Part shown: piece by piece, positions 13,301 to 25,800 of the stretch
Numbering within the stretch: position 1 is the stretch's first letter
Layout: the number at the start of each line of letters is the position of its first letter
Assembly (NCBI RefSeq): GCF_026571515.1
Contig: NW_026862113.1
Location: forward strand, 62,001-126,000
Reading direction: 5' to 3'
Length of the DNA stretch: 64,000 bases
DNA from: Ruditapes philippinarum
Lineage: Eukaryota
Notes under the pieces: generated by a model
What the model saw: only the letters and a program-made list of their open reading frames with translations
The model's database searches: none
Told to the model about the DNA's origin: nothing
Program-made: the position numbers and the translations under genes

Positions 13301-16300
13301 TAATGGAAAGTAAATTTATGAACTTCAGTGAAAGAGGAATAATATTTAAATTACTCAGAACAAGTGTAAATTTATTACAAATCTGTTTATTTCTTTGATT
13401 TGATGTTTGTATTGCCTGATTCAAATTAGCAACAATAAGCTTGCTGGGTTGATTACTTTTGAATTCCATTCATACTGTGTTTCCTAAATGTCACATAAAT
13501 ATGTGGTTTTAAAGGTGCATGTTTTCATAGCTGTAAGGCTTCATGATTTATAGTGTATAACAATGTCAGAAATTATATTAAGAATAGTTTGAGGTACCAT
13601 GATAACGTTGTTTGATAGAAGTAGGTTTTACAATAACTTACCCATATTAAGAATTGCAAAATTTGTTAAGAATGAAAAAAATGTCAAAAGTAAAAAACTT
13701 TTAGTAAAGAAGTTAATAGATAATAGATACATACAATGCAATCAGCATATATTGCAATCAGGTCATTAATTTTTACAGGTAAACCATATGGGTCTTACAG
13801 TAAGCCACATCACACCGGAAGCAGAGGTGGTGGGTTTAAGCCTGGCATGGGAGGAAGTCGCATTGATGTTAAAGTATCTAAAGGTTTCCATCTAGACGGG
13901 AATGTTGTAAACCTTGGTGGAGCAGCAACTGGCTTGAACAGTGGAGGTGGAAGTGGTGGTAGTGTGCTTGTTGTCACACAAAACTTCTCAGGGCATGGTC
14001 TCATCGATGTAACAGGAGGTAGTGGGTTTGGAACAGGATATGGGGGTGCTGGAGGAAGGGTAGCTGTACATGTTAAATGGTTCAGGGAGTACACAGGAGA
14101 TTTAATAGCCTATGGTGGTTATGCTGGGAGTGATGTTGACAAAACAGATGAAACAAGACATGGGGCTGCTGGAACAGTATATACCACTGACTCTAATGAT
14201 GTTGGACTTGATAAAAAGGAAGTGACCAAAGTAAATGGTACTGAAACATTCCTTGATGGTTACACTTACCTTTTGATAGATAACAGTAATAGAAACAAGA
14301 TTCTAGGAACCATGGTGATGATGGATGAAGGACAAAAACCATACAAGTTTGAATTTAATGAAGTTGATGCTGTAAATCATGCAGTATTATGGATTGATGG
14401 CGATGATTCAGAACTAACAGTTCACAAGTTTAATGGAGATAGAACTGGTTTAATGCATCTAATTGGACATCAGAAAGTTTACTCGGAATACGAGGAGTCT
14501 ACACCTGGTTACACAGTTGCCCCAGTGAGCTACAAGATTGAAAAAGATGCAGAGATAATATTACCATCAACTACAATTATTCTAGGAACACGGTCAGACA
14601 TGAATGGTCTCATGACTATGGTACAAAATCTCACAATTGCTGAAGGGGCAAATTGTAAGTTCACTTCTACCTCCAGAACTGCTCTTATTGAAGCAGGCAA
14701 ATATGTTCATGAGACAAAACCAGGAAACATAAGTCTGAGTCATCTTACAATACAGCGAGGCTCAGAAGTGACTTTCACAGAGAATCCTGGACTTAATCTT
14801 GTTCTTAATCTCATTAAACTTAGCATTAAGTATGAGGGACTAATGTGGATGAATAAGGGTACTATCTTTTCAGCAAATGGTGTAGTCGAAAGTCTTGGCT
14901 TGCTAAACATAGATTTTCAGGGTCATAGTGCAGCGAATGGCATTGGAGCTGGGGGTAGTAGTGGTAGCAATGGTCATGGTGGGGCTCATGGAGGTCATGG
15001 TGGTGCCCCAGAACCTGTTAATCCTGAAATGGTAAAGGAAAAGCCACATGATTCAGTTTACAGACCAACTCATCCTGGAAGTGGAGGAGGTAATGGTAAT
15101 GGAGAAGGTGGAAGAGGTGGTGGTTATCTTAGATGGGAAATTGGAGAAACGCTTTGGATTGATGGAGAAATTTCACTTGAAGGGGAAGCTGGTAAAAGTG
15201 GTAATGGTGGAGGAGGAAGTGGTGGTGGGATATTTATAGAAACTATGAACTTCACTGGATTCGGTCATGTAGACTGTCATGGAGGTGCAGGAAAGGGAAA
15301 TGGTGGTGGTGGATCTGGTGGGAGGATTGCTGTGCATATTAATTTCTCAAATCGTTTTATTGGCAGGCTGAATGTGGTTGGAGGACGAGGAAGTGGAAGT
15401 TTACCATCTGGGGCAGCTGGCACAGTATATCTACAAGAAAATGCTAGAGGACTACAATATGAAGATATTAAGTATGATAATGTTACTGGAAAGGAAATCA
15501 TTACAGCGGAACATGGTAGGTTGGAAATAAATAATGATGATTTGGACAGTCATCTGTATGTAGACCACAAAGAACCATGGCTGTACACAGTGCTGTTTGA
15601 AGAAGCAGATAAAGAATATGAATTTGATGAAGCAATGCTTGAAGGTCATTCTAACCTCTTGATTGAGTATCCAATTGGTACAAATGAAAGAGACCGTTAT
15701 GCAGTTGAAGTTTGGATACATCTTTTCCATGGTGACAGAACTGGAGTGGTGAGAATAAGGGAAGGGCAAAGGTTATATGTAGAGATTGTTGAATCAGTTT
15801 CTAACGAAACAATAGCACCATGTAGCTTTAGAATTGATAATGGTTCCGAAATTTTTCTGCCTACCACAACTAATCTTCTTGGAAGTAGAACTGTTATGGC
15901 AGGTAAAATAACAGGTGTTGAGGATATGATGATCCGAGGCGGCTCAAGCTTGTTTATGGCAACAGGCCAAACAGCTCGTATGGAAAACAGAGAATATGTA
16001 ATGGAGACTGAACATGGAAACTTCACATTTGGAATACTAAGAGTAATGGCTGGAGCAGTAGCTAGGTTTAGAGACATAAAAAAAGTTTGTGTAATAAATG
16101 TGGCAGAATTCTATGTGAAATACCAAGCACTGCTTTACATGAACTTTGTAAAGGTTATTTCTGCATACGGGCACATTGAAAGCAAAGGTGAACTAAATAT
16201 GTTTGGTGTTGGATATACACCAGAAACTGGTCCTGGTGCAGGTTTCACACTATCAGATGGGACAGGTCTAGGTGCTGGGCATGGAGGCTACGGTGGGGGT

Positions 16301-19300
16301 CCAGACCCCAATTTTGGTGGATACCCGTACAACTCCCACAAAACACCTCTTGAAGCAGGAAGTGGCGGAGGCAATGGGGGTGGTGTTGGGGGATCAGGAG
16401 GAGGATATTTAGAATGGGATGCTGGTGACTTGATAGAAATCAATGGATATTTGACTGTGGCAGGTTCTAATGGAGTTGGTGGGAATGCTGGTGGTGGTAG
16501 TGGTGGGAGCATTTTAATGTATGCAACAAATATAACAGGACATGGGATAATGGCGGTTAATGGAGGAAATGGTATAGGGAAAGGTGGTGGAGGTTCAGGT
16601 GGAAGAATATCAATCAGATGTGAAATGCGTTACTCCTATGGTGGTCAGTATCTTAATTACGGGGGAGATGGTTCTGGAAGTTACAGAAGTAAACATGCTG
16701 GTGCCTCAGGTACTACTTACAAAGAAGAGAACTTGAGAGAACTTGAATATCGTCATAAGAAGTATGACCCAGTGCACAATACCACTTTTCTTGATGTAGA
16801 CCACAAAATGATTCATTCTGATAATCGTCTGAAGTACAGCCCTGCCCCTACATTAATACAGGACCCTCCAATGAAATGCTATGAGTTTGATGAAATGGAA
16901 ATCACAGGTTCGACAGTCACATGGATATACAATTGCTCAATACCAGTTCCAACCGGATCTACTTTCACCTGGATAGAATATTGCTCAGGTGATGTTCCAA
17001 GTGTAAATGAGTCTTTATACAACTGCTCTAATACATACTTTGTAGAACTTGTAGCTCATAAATTCATAGGAGACAAAACTGGTACTCTACACGTTAGGGA
17101 ATATCAAAGAGCATGGGTAGAATACATTGAATCTATCTCCAACATTACAGAGGCTCCTGTAAGTTACATTATTTATGATAATTCAGAAATTGTTTTTCCA
17201 TCTGAAGTACATATTCATGGAACAAATAGCACATTTGCTGGTCTTATAACTGGAGTGCATAGTTTATATATTGAAGATGCTGCAAGAGCTGAATTCAAAA
17301 GTACAGGAAACACATCATTCCTTGAAAATGGAGAACATTTCAGAGCTACAAATCCTAGTCATTTTGCATGGGATCAACTACACATTAAAAGAAATGGATA
17401 TGCTGGATTTTTAGATATTGAAGAGTTCAGTTTAGAAATTAGTGAAATCAAGGTCAAATATCAAGGAAATCTATACATGAATGCTGCAAAAATTAATAGC
17501 ACTTACTCATGGATTGAAAGTGAAGGTGTATTCCATCTAAATGGACATGGGTCAGCTGCAGAGGCAGGGTTTGGTGGTGGTTTTACCAGGTCTGGTGTAG
17601 GATATGGTGGTGCTCATGGCGGTTACGGTGGTGGACCTGATCCTACAATTGCACCTCATCCATATGGCAGCATCTTGATACCGAAAAAGGATGGCAGTGG
17701 TGGTGGAAATGGTGGAGGAAAAGGCGGTAGTGGTGGAGGAGTTTTACACTGGATAAATAGCCATTACTTTGAACTGCATGGTCTACTTGCTCTACAGGGA
17801 ACCAATGGAATAGGAAATAATGCAGGGGGAGGCAGTGGTGGTTCCCTGCTCATTGAGACAATGAACTTTACTGGACATGGGATAATTGATACAGCAGGTG
17901 GGGATGGTTCTGGTAAAGGGGGCGGAGGTTCAGGTGGCAGAGCTGCTATACATTGTGAAGTAAGAGTTCAAACTTTTTCTTGAAAGAATTATCATAAATA
18001 TTTTTGGTATATAGATATTTTGATTTAACCTTATTAAGGCAAGGTTTGCTAGTTCTATAGAAATTAATTGCATTTAAAAGCAGACCTTTTGATTGATATG
18101 TTTTTAAGTACACATTTTACATTTGCAAAACAGTAATAGTAAATCATCTGATTGGAAATATCAACTTTTGAAAGCATTAGCTAAATGTTTTATTAAATTA
18201 TGCATATGTTAATATGTGATAACTTTGTGTTGAAAACATAACTGACACTTTCAGCCAATGAATTCACTGGACAGTAGGTTCAACTTAATTTGCACTTCAT
18301 TAAGATACATGATGCTGTCTTTTTAATTTTTGTTACTTAATATCTTGCTTTTACTGCTAAGAATCGATAAATTGTTTTTGATTTTTTTGTACGAAACAGA
18401 ATTTTTTTCCCAATGTTCTGCTTAAATATTTTAACCAGTGGTGTATCCAATGGGGTATGATTCAAAATAAGAATCATTGCACATTTGATTTCAGTGGAGA
18501 TATTGGTATGGTGGTTCATTTTTGAATGAAGGTGGTATAGGTGGTACCATAGATACCAAGCACAGTCATGCAGGGGCAGCAGGCACAACTTATGTGAAAA
18601 ACAATAGGAGACCTTTAGAGTACAGGATACTAAAATACATGAAAGGATCAAATATCACTTACTTTGAGGTCGATCACAGGTTTGTTGAAATTTTGTTTGC
18701 TAACCAAAAATGTTTGATAAAGCCCTCATGTGGCTGAAAATTTAAAATAATTTATAAAATAGTTAAGTTTTGAAAATAAAATGCTTGTAAAGTCTTAAAA
18801 GTCTGAAATTTCCATTTTCTTGATTATCATTGAAACAAGGTTGACTTTATATTTGAAACATATCTGAAAGATCACGAGCTTAAACAGCAGACCAGATTTC
18901 ACATCTTTTTAAGGCATTTTGATAAAGCTTTTATAATAGTGTTATAGTACCTAATTGGTACAATCAAAGTTTATTATGACCTGTTTCAAACCTAATTTGA
19001 GATATCAATTTTTTTAATACTATTATCTGTACAATTATATCTTTCTTTTGGCTTTAGAAATGACTTTTAAATGTCCTTAAGCTACCCCCTTTCCCACTTA
19101 TCATAGCCAATTTCTATCAAAGACATTGATGGGGTTATGAATTACATTGAGTATTTCCGGTATATATTAAATTTATCTTTGTAGATACTTACACATGGAT
19201 AATAAGGGCATTAAGTCTCCAGTACCTACCATGGTAATGGAAAATGAAACAGCTGTATATGAACTAGATGAAATGCAAGTTGATGGATTCGTAAGGGTAT

Positions 19301-22300
19301 TATTTTATCACCCTGAAAACAACATTGTCAATGTTACCATACACAGATTTATTGGGGATCGCTCAGGCCAAGTTCACATCAGATCAAAACAAATAATATA
19401 CATAGAATATGTGGAATCAGAAACAAATGTCACCGAAGCTCCTGTAAGTTACATTATAGATCAGGGAGCTGAAGTTATCTTTCCAACAGAAGTTCATATG
19501 CAAGGGATTAACACTACCCTTAATGGCCTGATAGTAGGCGTGCACCATTTATATATCGAGGATGGATGTACACTTACTGTACTCAGTGAGGCTACAACTG
19601 CTCAACTTCAAGATGAAGAGTATATTGATGTCACAAAGCCTGGTCAGTTCGAATTGCCGACAATTAATATAAGAATGGATGGAATTTTGGAATTTAGAAA
19701 AATATTATCAGACATTACAATTGGTGCTGCTTTCCTTGAACTTAAATATGGTGGATTGGTATTAATGAATCATGGTTATGTGGTAGCTGGGGATGTTGAT
19801 TTGGAATCAAACAGCAAGTTTAGTCTTGAAGGTAAAGGTTTTAAAGCTGAAGATGGACCTGGAAAAGGTATTGGGAATATGGGAGGAAGTTATGGTGGAG
19901 TTGGAGGTGGTGCTGATGACTACAAAGCTTATGGTTCAGTGTTTGATCCTATTAATCTTGGCAGTGGTGGTGGCGGTATTTCCACAGGAGGATCTGGAGG
20001 AGGCTTCGTTGAACTTTACGATAGGAAAGTCATTCCATATTGATGGCATTGTGGATGCATATGGACAAGATGCCAGTAGTAACGGAGGTGGTGGTAGTGG
20101 TGGAACAATCTTCATAAAGGCCTACAACATGTCAGGTTATGGCACATTGGATGTTTCAGGGGGAGATGGTAGTGGAACAGGATATGGCGGAAGTGGAGGT
20201 AGAATTGCTGCTCATATAGAAAGTTTTAATCTATATGCTGGTAAATATCTCTCGCATGGAGGCACAAGTGGCAAAAATGATGCACAAAATGCAGGTGGTC
20301 CAGGAACAATATACAAGTTTGAGTCAAATAGAGGTCCACAATATCGTGAACTTAAATACAATCCTAGACTAAACAGAACTTTAATAGAACCAGAACACAG
20401 AAAACTTACTGTTGAGAATTTTAACTTGAAAACTACCAACCCAGCTGTTGTCATGGAGACAGATAGTATGTATTATGAGTTTGAAGAAGTACAAGTAGAA
20501 GGTTACAGCTATGTTCATTTTTACCATCCTCGCACTGTTCACGTTGTACAGGTGAAAATTCACGAGTTAACAGGCAACAAACAGGGCATGATTAGGGTAC
20601 AAAATAATCAACAGTTGATGATACATTATGTAGAATCCACTCATACGTATCTGGATACTCCATGTGGTTTCCATGTCGACAAAGATGGTGAAATAATTCT
20701 GCCTTCTACAGTTGTCATGCTAACAGAGAAAACCATCCTCGGCGGAACGATGATCAACGTTGAGGAACTAATAATTGAAAGGAATGCTGAATTTATTATT
20801 GATAATGATGCCTCTACTCTAGCTGTTACAGATTTTAAGTTTGGAATATTGCAAACACCTACTCCTGGTATATTTGATGTTGCTATAATATCAATAAACT
20901 ATAAAGGTTTATTTACAACAAATATGAATCCCTATCATGTAACGATAATGTCAGGACTGTTGACTGTACGTAATGGTGGAAAACTAGCAGCAAAAACTCA
21001 AAGGGTTACCTTGGAAACAGCAGATCTAGATGTGGAATATGGAGGACTTATTGATGGCACAGGTCAAGGATATGAGAAAGCTATAGGACCTGGGAAAGGA
21101 GTTGCAAGTTCTTATGATGCTAGTGGAGGCGGGCTTGCCAGTAAAGGTAATGTTGTTTTCTTCCTTCTAATCCTATCATTAAATGTTCTAACTTCAAGAA
21201 AGCTATATGATGCTTAGATCTTACTAATTTTATTTTATACTAATAAGTTTTAAAGACTTTTTAGGTTATAGGTGCAAAATTTCAGATTTTTTGCTGTGGA
21301 ATAATAATAATTCTTAATGTGAAAAATGTCCCAAAATTGAAAAGTCTATTATGCAAGGCATTTCAATCAAATCTGGCTAAGAATATCCCACATGTGATTT
21401 TTAATATATTTCTGTGTACGATTCTTTATTATCTTTTGCAAATCTTTCGGTTTTATATGACCCTGTCGATCATAATGTAAGAAGTTCAAATTTTATACTT
21501 TTAGGCTTTTGGACCTTAGTGGAGGTCCTTTAATGATAATAAATATTCAATGTTCAATTAAATTGCTTCTCAAACACAATGTATAATTCAATCTGTCATC
21601 CAGGTGGCAGTAGCCAACATGGGGCAGTAGGAGGATCATACTATGGAACAACAAACTGTGATGGGTTTCATTATGGCAGTGGAGGTGGTGGTGAACATGG
21701 GGGTGCAGGAGGAAGTTACATAGAAATCAATGCTGGGACTGTAAGTTTCCTTCTTTTTTTGTTACAATAGAAATATGAATCCTACAAGATATGTTGGTAT
21801 TCTTATATACCTATACATATTTCTGTGCATTTTAGGAATAAACTGCAAACTTAGTATAAGACTACATATTGTGGTTATGATTGAGGTTGTAAGCTCATAT
21901 GCTACTGTAAGACAATAATACAGTGGATGAAATGACATTAATTTTCTTGAAAAATTACTTTAAAATTAACAATTTAAACAACGGTAATATTTGCAAGAAT
22001 AATGTCTGACATGCTTTTGGTGTTCAGATTTGAACATCCCCATGACAGATATTACTATTTCATTATTGACACATGATTGATATTGCAAAAAATTTACAAT
22101 TTAAGCGACTAACACTGTATGGTACCATATCTGTGAATGGAGAAGCTGGTCTAGCTGGTAATTATAGAGGTGGTGGTGGAAGTGGTGGTACAATCAAGGT
22201 CAAGGCTAGTACACTTGTAGGACGAGGAATCTTCTCAAGCATTGGTGGTTCTGCATCAACTGGAAAATACAATAATGTAATTGTTGGTGAGTAAACATTA

Positions 22301-22828
22301 AAGGTTTATTTTTATGAACATATATATGAAGCAGATGTTATTTAAAATTTTTATATATGCTTTTCATTATTTCTTTTGTTCGCAATTTGTAGTAAATATA
22401 AAGTTCTTTCTCAGCATCATGGTAACTACATATAGAATTTGAATATCGTATTTGTTGTCATGGAAACATACTTGATAAATTCATTCTCAGAGTTATTAAA
22501 AAGTTTCTTATACTTAGTCAAAGAGAAAATTGCAGTCTCTGAGCCAGTAAAATTGAAATTTATATCAAATTTTTTGAAATACAGTGTAGATCATTTCTAC
22601 CATCTTTTATAGTAAAACTACCTTCTTTTTTAGTAAAATTGAAAATATCTGTCTTAGCATAAGTAAAATAGTCTGAACATCTTTCTTAACAAAATAGGAA
22701 GTTTACCTCATTGTTAAAACAAAATTGAAAAGGGTTATTATACATACATGTATGTGCATACCCAAAAGTAGAAGAGCTAGGTTTTTGTGTCGCCTCTACG
22801 GAGTAGTGGCGACATATAGGGATCACTT

Positions 22829-22862
<34 letters not shown>

Positions 22863-25800
22863 CGTCCGTCTGTCTGTCCGTCCGTCCGTCACAAAAATTG
22901 TCCGGACTACTCCTCATAAACTACTGGTGCAATTTCATCCAAACTTTACAGGAATGATCAGTACCAAGTCTAGTTGTGCATATTGTCAGCATTTTCCGGT
23001 TCAATGATTTTTGTCAGAGTTATGGCCCTTTAATAATTTTTAATTTTAAAGTTTGTCCGGACTACTTCTCTTATACCACTAATGCAATTTCAATGAAACT
23101 TTACAGGATTGATCTGTAGCTCAAGTCCTTGCGCATATGCACGGGTTTTTCCGGTTGAATGATTTTGGCCGAGTTATGGCCCTTTGATAAAAAGGTTTCT
23201 TTTTCTGTGTGTTGCCAGATACACAAAAGCTTGTCCGGACTACTCCTCATAAACTACTGGTGCAATTTCATCCAAAACTTTACACGAATGATCAGTACCA
23301 AGTCTAGTTGTGCATATTGTCAGCATTTTCTGGTTCAATGATTTTTGTTTCAGTTATGGCCCTTTAACAATTTTTATTTTTAAAGTTTGTCCAGACTACT
23401 TTTCTTATACCACTTATGCAATTTCAATGAAACTTTACAGGATTGATCTGTAGCTCAAGTCCTTGCGCATATTGCACGGGTTTTCTGGTTGAATGATTTT
23501 TGGCCGAGTTATGGCCCTTTGATAAAAAGGTGTTTTTTTCTGTGTGTTGCCAGATACACAAAAGCTTGTCCGGACTACTCCTCATAAACTACTGGTGCAA
23601 TTTTATCCAAACTTTACAGGAATGATCAGTACAAAGTTGTTAGTCTAGTTGTGCACTGTCCGTCTGTCTGTCCGTCTGTCACAAAATTTGTCCCAACATG
23701 AAATTGGCCATCATGAGGCGACACATGTGATTACTGATCGCTCTTGTTAATAAATATTCCTTACTTGTTCCGAAGTTATCGTGTGTTCCTCTCATATTAG
23801 TTACTTTAGAAATTGAAAATTAGATAGAAAACTATACTGGTTGGGACCATCAACCAGACACTTTTGAACATTTTTTTCATACAGATTTCATAATTTCAAA
23901 CAGAGAGACCTGAAAATTTGACACAGTACAGCTAGGTTCTTCTCCTAACTAACAAACTAGATTATATTGATACTTATATCTGAGGCTCGTTAAGGAGGGT
24001 ATCAAAATTACCTAAATTGTCTACACTACAGTACCATGTGTCCAGACAGATATGTGTATGATGTGATTTAATTCTGTTAAATGCTTGGGTATTTTAATTT
24101 TTCATTATAAACATGATAAACAATATTTCAGCAGCAATTGCTAAAGTTTTGGATATTCTTTTGTTTACTCTGCAAATGATTATAGCTGGTATGTCAGGTC
24201 AGGTATTGCACTCTTAATGCCCAAATTTTCAACATCAACATTCTTGAACGACATTGAAATATCACTGTTGAAATAAATTTAATTACTTATTTATAGAAAA
24301 AACATGCATTTATTGTTCTTAAGAAAAGTGTCTGATAGATCGACAACCAATGAACAAAGAAAAAAAACTAAATTAAGCATTTTTGGGACCGTCCGGGTTA
24401 GGTGGTTGTCCAGTTTTGGTGGTCCCCAACCAGTACCTCATTTTAAAAAAAAACATAGAAAATTTCGATTTAAGTGTTAATAAAATAGAAAAACTAATAC
24501 ATTTTTTAAGTAAAATATAAATCATCCATTTTAGTGTTAGTAAAATTTAGGAAAATAGAAAATTTCTACCTTATAGATGTTATCCGGAACTAGGCAAATG
24601 TGGGTTTTTCCCAGCTAATCTGTAGGTACAAACTAACTTTAACCATTATAGCTTCACGATGCACTGAACGTCACAATAGATAAGTAAACCTGTTTCACTA
24701 ATTTTCGAAGCTGTAACTGTAAAAAGTTTGTTTGTACCTATGGATTAGCTGGGAAAAAACCAAATATTCTTAATTCCGGAGTAAGTCTATTTAAAAATTA
24801 AAGCATGACATGTATATATATACATCAACATTGATTACAGGAAATGGTGGGGGATCAGGAGGTAGAATCTGTGCGTATCTCTTAGAGTCTCTAAGATTCC
24901 TAGGCTCATTTATCGCTCTCGGTGGAAATAGCGCCACCTATCATGGCTCACCAGGAACAGTATGGATAAAATCTACAACAGGGTCAGATGTAACAACTCA
25001 CCTGTGGGTTGACAATGGAATGAGGTCTTTAGACTGTGGGAAATATCCTGTTTATATTGATGAAACCAGCATAAATCACTTCCATCCTATGAGACAAGCA
25101 TGTGTTTATCCTACAAAGGTAATTTTTGAAGAAGGAAATTTGTGAATGAATAAATTGTTAGTTATGTCCTATTGTATTGTAACGCATGTAAATTTAAAAT
25201 TCAGGAGAACTATAAAATCAGATTATGTAAATATAAAGAATAAGTCAAATTCAAAATTTCCATAAAAAGTTTCTCATACTTCATTCAAGCAGTTAAAACC
25301 GAAAGTTATTCTTATTTTTGTTTTAAGCTAGCTTACGGGAAGTCCGTGGTTCCACTCAGCTTGGTGCCCATTTGTGCTTGAAATATTGTACAGAAAGGCA
25401 CCTGAGGTCTTCCTCCACTAGTAAAAGCTAGAAAGTCACCATATAACCTATTCTGTGTTGGTGTGACATAAATCCCAATAAAACAAAACAAACAAACAAA
25501 TTTTTGTTTCAAGATAAATGTTAATTTTAAGGTTTTTATTGCATTTATAGGACACCATAGTTGAACACATAGGTGGAGATGGTACAGGTGCACTTAGAAT
25601 TAATACTGGAGTCACACTGGATATTGCTCAAGATAAAATGCTCACATACATACAGTCTTCCCTGTACATATATGGAACAGTGAACTTTCCCACTACAACA
25701 TATATTGAACAGTATGTCCATAATGAAGGTTATATTGTTGGGGTTGGACACTGGTATTCTCGCGGTCATACATATTTAATGGCAAATGGGCAGTCCAGTT

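Noticed and set aside
20005-20045. Programmed ribosomal frameshift
   Set aside because: No canonical slippery heptamer or evident stimulatory structure; a homopolymer indel is the simpler explanation.
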